Shown here one piece after another: positions 58,818 to 64,000 of a DNA stretch of 64,000 nucleotides. Each line of letters opens with the position of its first letter. Positions within the stretch are counted from its first letter, which is position 1. Both the position numbers and the translations under genes were made by a program. Location of the stretch: NCBI GenBank assembly GCA_033762115.1, contig JANRLX010000027.1, forward strand, positions 31,291 through 95,290. The letters are read 5' to 3'. Source of the DNA: Verrucomicrobiota bacterium (GTDB lineage: Bacteria; Verrucomicrobiota; Verrucomicrobiia; Limisphaerales; SXQI01). The notes beneath the pieces are model-generated. The model saw only the letters and a program-made list of their open reading frames with translations, had not been told where the DNA came from and did no database searches.

Positions 58818-61800
58818 ATGAAAACATATCACGAAGATGGTGGCTGCCTTCGAATTGTGCGATCTCTGGTCTGTCTGGCCCTGACGATTTTGTCCATTTC
58901 GGCAAATCCTTACGTTGGCAAATCAAAGCAGTCACTGGTAATTAACGATTTAGCTAATGCCTCTCCCTATCCATCAGTGATCAAGGTGGAAGGTGTTTGG
59001 GGAAACATTACTCAAGTGAATGTGCGCCTTAAAGGGTTCTCACATACTTATCCTGACGATGTTGATCTGATTGTGGTGGGGCCAACTGGCCAGGCCGTCA
59101 TGCTGCTGAGCGATGCGGGTGGCTCGACGGCTGTGGCCAATTTAAACCTGGTATTCAATGATTTTGCAGCGACTCGGATTCCCGACGTTGGTCCGATGGT
59201 TGGCGGGACCTTTCAACCGTCAGGCTACATTAATTCAGATAATTTTCCCTTGCCTGCGCCTGTCGGACCCTACTCCAGTTCTCTGATAAGTTTTTTCGGG
59301 AGCAATCCCAATGGGGAATGGAAATTGTATGTGGTGGATGACCTGGGCGGGGACGTTGGGCAAATCGATGGCTGGGAAATTGAAATTTATTCATCCGGCA
59401 AAGTCACGGCAAACAGTCCCATCACCATTCCTGTTATTGATGCGGCCAGCCCATATCCTTCGACGCTGACGGTCTCGGGAGTCACCGGCAAAATTCATCA
59501 GCTCAAGGTTCATCTCAACGGATTCAGCCATCAATATCCAGACGATGTGGACATTCTGCTGGTGGCGCCGAATGGGGAATCCATCGAACTGATGAGTGAT
59601 GCGGGTGGAGGTGGCGCTGCCAACAACTTGAACCTTGTTTTTGATGGCACGGCGGAACTCACCATTCCAGGTTTTGGCGCGCTTGTATCGGGCAGTTACA
59701 AGCCAGCCGATTATGATGAAGATTTTTATCTTTCACCAGCCCCTGCGCAAGGGTCGTTTTCCACACTTGCATCGTTTGCGGGAATGGCACCGAACGGTGA
59801 TTGGAAACTTTTTGTCATGGATGACTACGATACGGTGGGCGGGGTGATCAGCAGTTGGAGCCTTGAATTCAGCACTACGCTTGTATCAATGGATTTTGAG
59901 GATGGCCTTCCATCCGGGAGCGGTGTCTGGGGCAATGCCGCGATCCGAAATGATGTTGAGGTGTTTGGCAGCAGTGGTGTCATGGAGTTAACCTCCGCGA
60001 ATCAGGGGCAGCATGGGAATTTTTTTGTCAATAATCCTGTCCCAAATTCGCTGGTGGACGGGTTCATTGCGACTTTTGATTTATGGATTGGCGGAGGGGA
60101 TGGAGCAGATGGCCTGAGCTTCAGTTTCGGGAATGATCTGCCAGTCCAGTTGATTACAGAAGAAGGTGCCGGCACCGGTTTGATCATCAGTTTTGACACC
60201 TACGTCAACGAAGGGGAGGGTGGGCCTGGCATCGAAGTCAGGTATGGAGGGACGCTCCTTGGGGAAGCAACGGATATCCTTTCGGAATTTCGGGCAAATG
60301 CATTCGTGCCTGTGCAGGTTGAATTGGCCGCGGATGGAAAAATTTCAGTAACGGTTAATGGATCTCCGGTGCTTGAGGATTTGCAATCCAGCCATGTGCC
60401 GATCCCAGGACGATTTGCTTTCGCAGCGCGGACAGGATTTTTCTTCGACGAGCACGCCATCGACAATTTGGTCCTGGCGGTGCAATCGCGAGGGGTTGAT
60501 GTGCGTCCCACGATTTCCTGCCCTCCCGATCTGGCGGTGGCTTGTGATGAAAGCACCGGCCCCGAGAGGACGGGAACTGCAACCGCGATCTCCAACTGCT
60601 CGAACCCTGGCTCGCTGGTCGTGACCTATTTTGACGAAGTGAGTTTCCTTGGGGATGTCCAGATCATCAACAGGCATTGGGTGGCATCTGATAGTTGTGG
60701 AACCAATGTTTGCATCCAGCAGATTGCCCAGGACCAGAGCCAGCCCTCAGTCGATATCATTCAAGAGAGCTTTTTCAATAACACGGTGAAACGATATACC
60801 ATCTCCTCGACGGTTAGTTTCATTGCCTCGTCCTGGTCCCTGGATTTTGAACTGATCAACAATGAGCCAGGAGTGAGCTTCGATGGGATCAGTTCGATGA
60901 CGATCAATTTTTCCGAGTTTCGAGGGGGCGCTTACATGGGTAGCAGTTTTCAAGTCAGCGTCAGTATTGATACCGCATGCACCTTTGGCGGCGGTTCAAC
61001 AGGGAGCGGGGCTGGAGGCATACAATTATTTGCCCTCTCCCGCGGGGGATCTGAAACGGCGTTTGGCGAGAACTCTGCAGGAAACGATCCCAATCCGATC
61101 CTGAGTGGATGCGGGAGCCTCAGCGCGCTCAGCCCGGCGTTTCGTTTCAAAGCCAATGAGAGTGGGGTGATGCAGGTGCGGCTGCTTTCACTTAATTCGA
61201 GAATGGTAGTGATCAACGATTTGACTGTTTTTCCATTTCCTGTGGCTGCCTGCGCAAATTCCAGTTCGGAAGGGCCCTCAGCATATCTGAATATTCCGGT
61301 GGATGCCGGAGAGGTCCTTTATGTGCTGGCAGGAGGCAGCAACAGCCTTGTTGAGGTTTCAGGGAATCTGTTGCCACCCGGTCCGATTCTGAGTTGCCCG
61401 CCGAACGTCACCGTGTTGTGCAACGAAGTTGGAAACCTTGACTTAACCGGCACTGCAACTGCGAGTTCGATTTGCAGCAATTCAGCGGTGACAATCACCT
61501 ATAGCGACTCGATTGAAGACACAGGGGAAGCGATCATTGTTTACCGGGAATGGATTGCGGTTGATGCATGCGGGACAAACTCATGCATCCAGGTAATCAC
61601 AGGGAACCGAACTCCCCCGGTGGTGAGTATCGAGGAAATTTCCTTCAGCAATGGTGTGGTCAAGCAATTCACCGTGACCGCCAACCAGACTTTCAACAGC
61701 GCTTCCTGGCAGAGTGGGGGATTGGCGATTTTCAATGAGCCCGGAGCGGAAATCAATGGGAACACGCTGACGATTAATTTTCTGATTTTCCGTGGGGGGC

Positions 61801-64000
61801 AATTTCTAAACTCAAGCTTTAACCTCAGCGTGACCATCTTCACTGATTGCACCGGAGGTGGTGATGGTGGGAATTTTTCGGTGGGAGCCCCTCCATTGTT
61901 CGCATTGAGCAAAGGGGCTGCCGCAACGCAGGTGGAAGGTGGCGGCTACACCGACGCGTTTGAGATTCCGAGCAGTTGCGGCAGTGTCAACGCGGGCGGC
62001 GCAACTTTCCGGTTCCAGGCGTCAGAGGATGGGATCATGCGAATCGCGGTGCTCTCCCCCAACTCGGAAGTGGTGGCGGTGGGAAATCTTTCTGTGTTTC
62101 CATTCCCGGTGATCAAATGCACGGCGTCAGGAGCTGTCGGCGCCGCCTACATGAATGTGCCGGTGACGGAGGGGCAGATCATTTATGTCATTGGAGAGCC
62201 GCAAGCGGGGCCGCTGGTGGTTTCCGCATCCCTGCATTCCTTTGCGCCGCTGCTTACAATTCCCGGGAATGTGATCATTGATTGCCACGATCTGACCAAC
62301 AGTTCACTGACCGGGGTGGCAAGTGCCGAATCACTTTGCGGTGATGCGGGCCTGGTGGTTTCCAGCACCGATATCGTTGTTAGCGAAAACAGCCTGGAAT
62401 TACTGATCCATCGCCAATGGGTTGCCACAGATGCATGCGGTTCCAGCACAAACACCCAGGTCATTCAGGCAACCCGAATCGCACCCATCGTGACCATCCT
62501 GCAACCTGGAATAAGAACATCCACTGTAAGGACTTTTGAATTGGAATCTTCGAGGCCGATTGAAAGTACCATGTGGATCATCAATGCAGGAATTGTGCTT
62601 GCAAATGAACCTGGCGTGATCGCGCTCAGTCCAGATGAGTTGACCATTAATTTCCTGGTTTTTCGAGGTGGCAGCCTTTTTGACGAAGCAGTCAATATCT
62701 CAGTTGAAGTAACGACCGAATGCAGCAATGGAGGTGCCGGGAACATTATAGACTGGGCCCCGGCTCAGCCGGTAGGGCTATCGAAAGGCGCGCCTCCGTT
62801 GAATGCCAGCGGGACCACGTTCCCGGATCCAACAATGATCGTGAGTGAGTGCGGGGAGATTTCGGCAGGGGCATCCACGCACCGGTTCGAGGCAGCAGAA
62901 GCCGGGATCATGCAATTCCAATTGAATTCGCCTAATTCGCATTTGTTAATTGTAGGCTCATTCAACTCATTCCCTCCCGACATCCTGGGCTGCACCAACT
63001 CCATCGACACACCGGTAACGCTCGAGGTGATCGTCGCCGCCAATCAGCTTGTTTACCTGTTGGGCGAATCCGATTCCGGCACAGTTAATTTTGCGGTTTC
63101 GCTCCGCGATTTCAGAATCGCTCCTCAAATCGTCGGGCTTGCTGACCAGGTCATCCAGGAGAACAGCAGCGCGATAATAGAATTTAACGTGCAGGATAAT
63201 GATACGTTACCGCAGGATCTGGAGATCGAAGTGCAGAGCTTGACACCAACCCTTCTGCCAGCATCAGGGTTGTCGTTTGAAAATGTTGAAGGGGAAGTCA
63301 ACCTTTCGGTGACTCCTGCTGCAAACATGGATGGTGTGGGTTTCATTCAGGTCAAAGTGATCGATGAAGACCAATTGGCCGTGACGAACATGATCCAGGT
63401 CACGGTGCAAAATGTCCCTCGATCACCTGTGGTCAACTGGAGCGAACCGGCTGATATCATGTACGGCACCCCCTTGAGCGAAACACAGCTCAATGCGGAC
63501 TCATCCCTCAGCGGGGTTTATCAATATATTCCTGCGGAAGGCACCCGGCTCGGGGCGGGAGAGAACCAGGAATTGACCGTGGTGTTCATGCCAACTGATG
63601 CAGTGAATTACAAGCCGGTGACCAACCAGGTGTTTATCGATGTGATTAAAGCGCCCTTGACCATCACAGCGGATAACAAAGGAAACGTTTATGCGAGTTC
63701 CTTCCCGCCGTTCACCGCGACATACTCCGGTTTCGTAAATGGGGACACTCCCGCGAGCCTCACCACGCCGGTGCAACTGAGCACAACCGCGATCTTTACA
63801 AGTCCGGCAGGCACTTACCCAATCACAGCCGCCGGGGCGACCTCGCCGAATTACCAGATCACATTTGTCCCCGGAACATTCACGATCACGAAACGGACGT
63901 TGACTGTGACCGCCGAGAACAAGAGCAAAGTCTATGGGGAAGCCAATCCAACGTTTACCGCCACCATTACCGGCTTTGTGAATGGAGAAAACGCTTCAGT
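58818..64000 (+). CDS. Giant secreted/surface protein, 3'-partial (>1727 aa): 2x P-domain-like, L-type lectin-like, 3x ~290-aa Cys-rich repeat, cadherin/Ig-like, MBG domains
   Basis: Manual translation from ATG 58818 (MKTYHEDGGCLRIVRSLVCLALTILSISA) stays open to the window end (...TGFVNGENAS). It is absent from the ORF track because there is no stop in the window. Confidence 0.88.
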   Translation, partial: MKTYHEDGGCLRIVRSLVCLALTILSISANPYVGKSKQSLVINDLANASPYPSVIKVEGVWGNITQVNVRLKGFSHTYPDDVDLIVVGPTGQAVMLLSDAGGSTAVANLNLVFNDFAATRIPDVGPMVGGTFQPSGYINSDNFPLPAPVGPYSSSLISFFGSNPNGEWKLYVVDDLGGDVGQIDGWEIEIYSSGKVTANSPITIPVIDAASPYPSTLTVSGVTGKIHQLKVHLNGFSHQYPDDVDILLVAPNGESIELMSDAGGGGAANNLNLVFDGTAELTIPGFGALVSGSYKPADYDEDFYLSPAPAQGSFSTLASFAGMAPNGDWKLFVMDDYDTVGGVISSWSLEFSTTLVSMDFEDGLPSGSGVWGNAAIRNDVEVFGSSGVMELTSANQGQHGNFFVNNPVPNSLVDGFIATFDLWIGGGDGADGLSFSFGNDLPVQLITEEGAGTGLIISFDTYVNEGEGGPGIEVRYGGTLLGEATDILSEFRANAFVPVQVELAADGKISVTVNGSPVLEDLQSSHVPIPGRFAFAARTGFFFDEHAIDNLVLAVQSRGVDVRPTISCPPDLAVACDESTGPERTGTATAISNCSNPGSLVVTYFDEVSFLGDVQIINRHWVASDSCGTNVCIQQIAQDQSQPSVDIIQESFFNNTVKRYTISSTVSFIASSWSLDFELINNEPGVSFDGISSMTINFSEFRGGAYMGSSFQVSVSIDTACTFGGGSTGSGAGGIQLFALSRGGSETAFGENSAGNDPNPILSGCGSLSALSPAFRFKANESGVMQVRLLSLNSRMVVINDLTVFPFPVAACANSSSEGPSAYLNIPVDAGEVLYVLAGGSNSLVEVSGNLLPPGPILSCPPNVTVLCNEVGNLDLTGTATASSICSNSAVTITYSDSIEDTGEAIIVYREWIAVDACGTNSCIQVITGNRTPPVVSIEEISFSNGVVKQFTVTANQTFNSASWQSGGLAIFNEPGAEINGNTLTINFLIFRGGQFLNSSFNLSVTIFTDCTGGGDGGNFSVGAPPLFALSKGAAATQVEGGGYTDAFEIPSSCGSVNAGGATFRFQASEDGIMRIAVLSPNSEVVAVGNLSVFPFPVIKCTASGAVGAAYMNVPVTEGQIIYVIGEPQAGPLVVSASLHSFAPLLTIPGNVIIDCHDLTNSSLTGVASAESLCGDAGLVVSSTDIVVSENSLELLIHRQWVATDACGSSTNTQVIQATRIAPIVTILQPGIRTSTVRTFELESSRPIESTMWIINAGIVLANEPGVIALSPDELTINFLVFRGGSLFDEAVNISVEVTTECSNGGAGNIIDWAPAQPVGLSKGAPPLNASGTTFPDPTMIVSECGEISAGASTHRFEAAEAGIMQFQLNSPNSHLLIVGSFNSFPPDILGCTNSIDTPVTLEVIVAANQLVYLLGESDSGTVNFAVSLRDFRIAPQIVGLADQVIQENSSAIIEFNVQDNDTLPQDLEIEVQSLTPTLLPASGLSFENVEGEVNLSVTPAANMDGVGFIQVKVIDEDQLAVTNMIQVTVQNVPRSPVVNWSEPADIMYGTPLSETQLNADSSLSGVYQYIPAEGTRLGAGENQELTVVFMPTDAVNYKPVTNQVFIDVIKAPLTITADNKGNVYASSFPPFTATYSGFVNGDTPASLTTPVQLSTTAIFTSPAGTYPITAAGATSPNYQITFVPGTFTITKRTLTVTAENKSKVYGEANPTFTATITGFVNGENAS
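58935..59870 (+). repeat. Two tandem proprotein-convertase P-domain-like repeats (~155 aa)
   Basis: Both copies have ASPYPS, GFSH.YPDDVD, L.SDAGG, NLNLVF, PNG.WKL.V.DD and W..E. Confidence 0.8.
60507..63122 (+). repeat. Three tandem ~290-aa protein repeats (starts 60507, 61383, 62247; 292/288/292 aa)
   Basis: Each copy has P....P......C, TG.A.A.S.C, R.W.A.D.CG, NEPG, TINF..FRGG, C..GG, LS(R/K)G, CG, RF.A.E.G.M and NS. Confidence 0.85.

Noticed and set aside
59635..63776. Many short ORFs listed in the track
   Set aside because: All lie within, or antisense to, the single long frame starting at 58818.
1..64000. CRISPR arrays, tRNA/rRNA, IS elements, integrases, prophage or defence genes
   Set aside because: None recognised by eye. 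Intergenic gaps are short and lack regularly spaced repeats or cloverleaf motifs. tRNAscan/Infernal were not run.

Overview
This is a gene-dense bacterial chromosomal segment, most likely from a PVC-superphylum organism (Verrucomicrobiota-like). That call is inferred from three PVC-type heme/HEAT dehydrogenase-like proteins, DUF1549/1553 + DUF1501, DUF1800 + DUF1501, DUF1080 and WPQWRG beta-propeller proteins. About 43 CDS are supported. They include housekeeping genes (thiD, hisS, SUI1/yciH, metF, sua5/tsaC, clpS), a four-gene glycosyltransferase run, and an orphan short flagellin with a sigma28-like promoter and a GGA-hairpin leader. An RpiR-controlled divergent catabolic locus contains a BHMT-like methyltransferase between amino-sugar genes (nagB-like, atypical ROK kinase). 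At the right end, a FecR-TPR-beta-barrel gene is coupled to a CHASE2 adenylate cyclase, and both are divergent from a >1727-aa secreted multidomain protein. That protein is missing from the ORF track because it runs off the window. A candidate ~100-nt sRNA lies at ~18.76-18.87 kb. I recognised no tRNA, rRNA, CRISPR array, transposase, integrase or phage gene. All family calls come from motif reading by eye; no database search was run.
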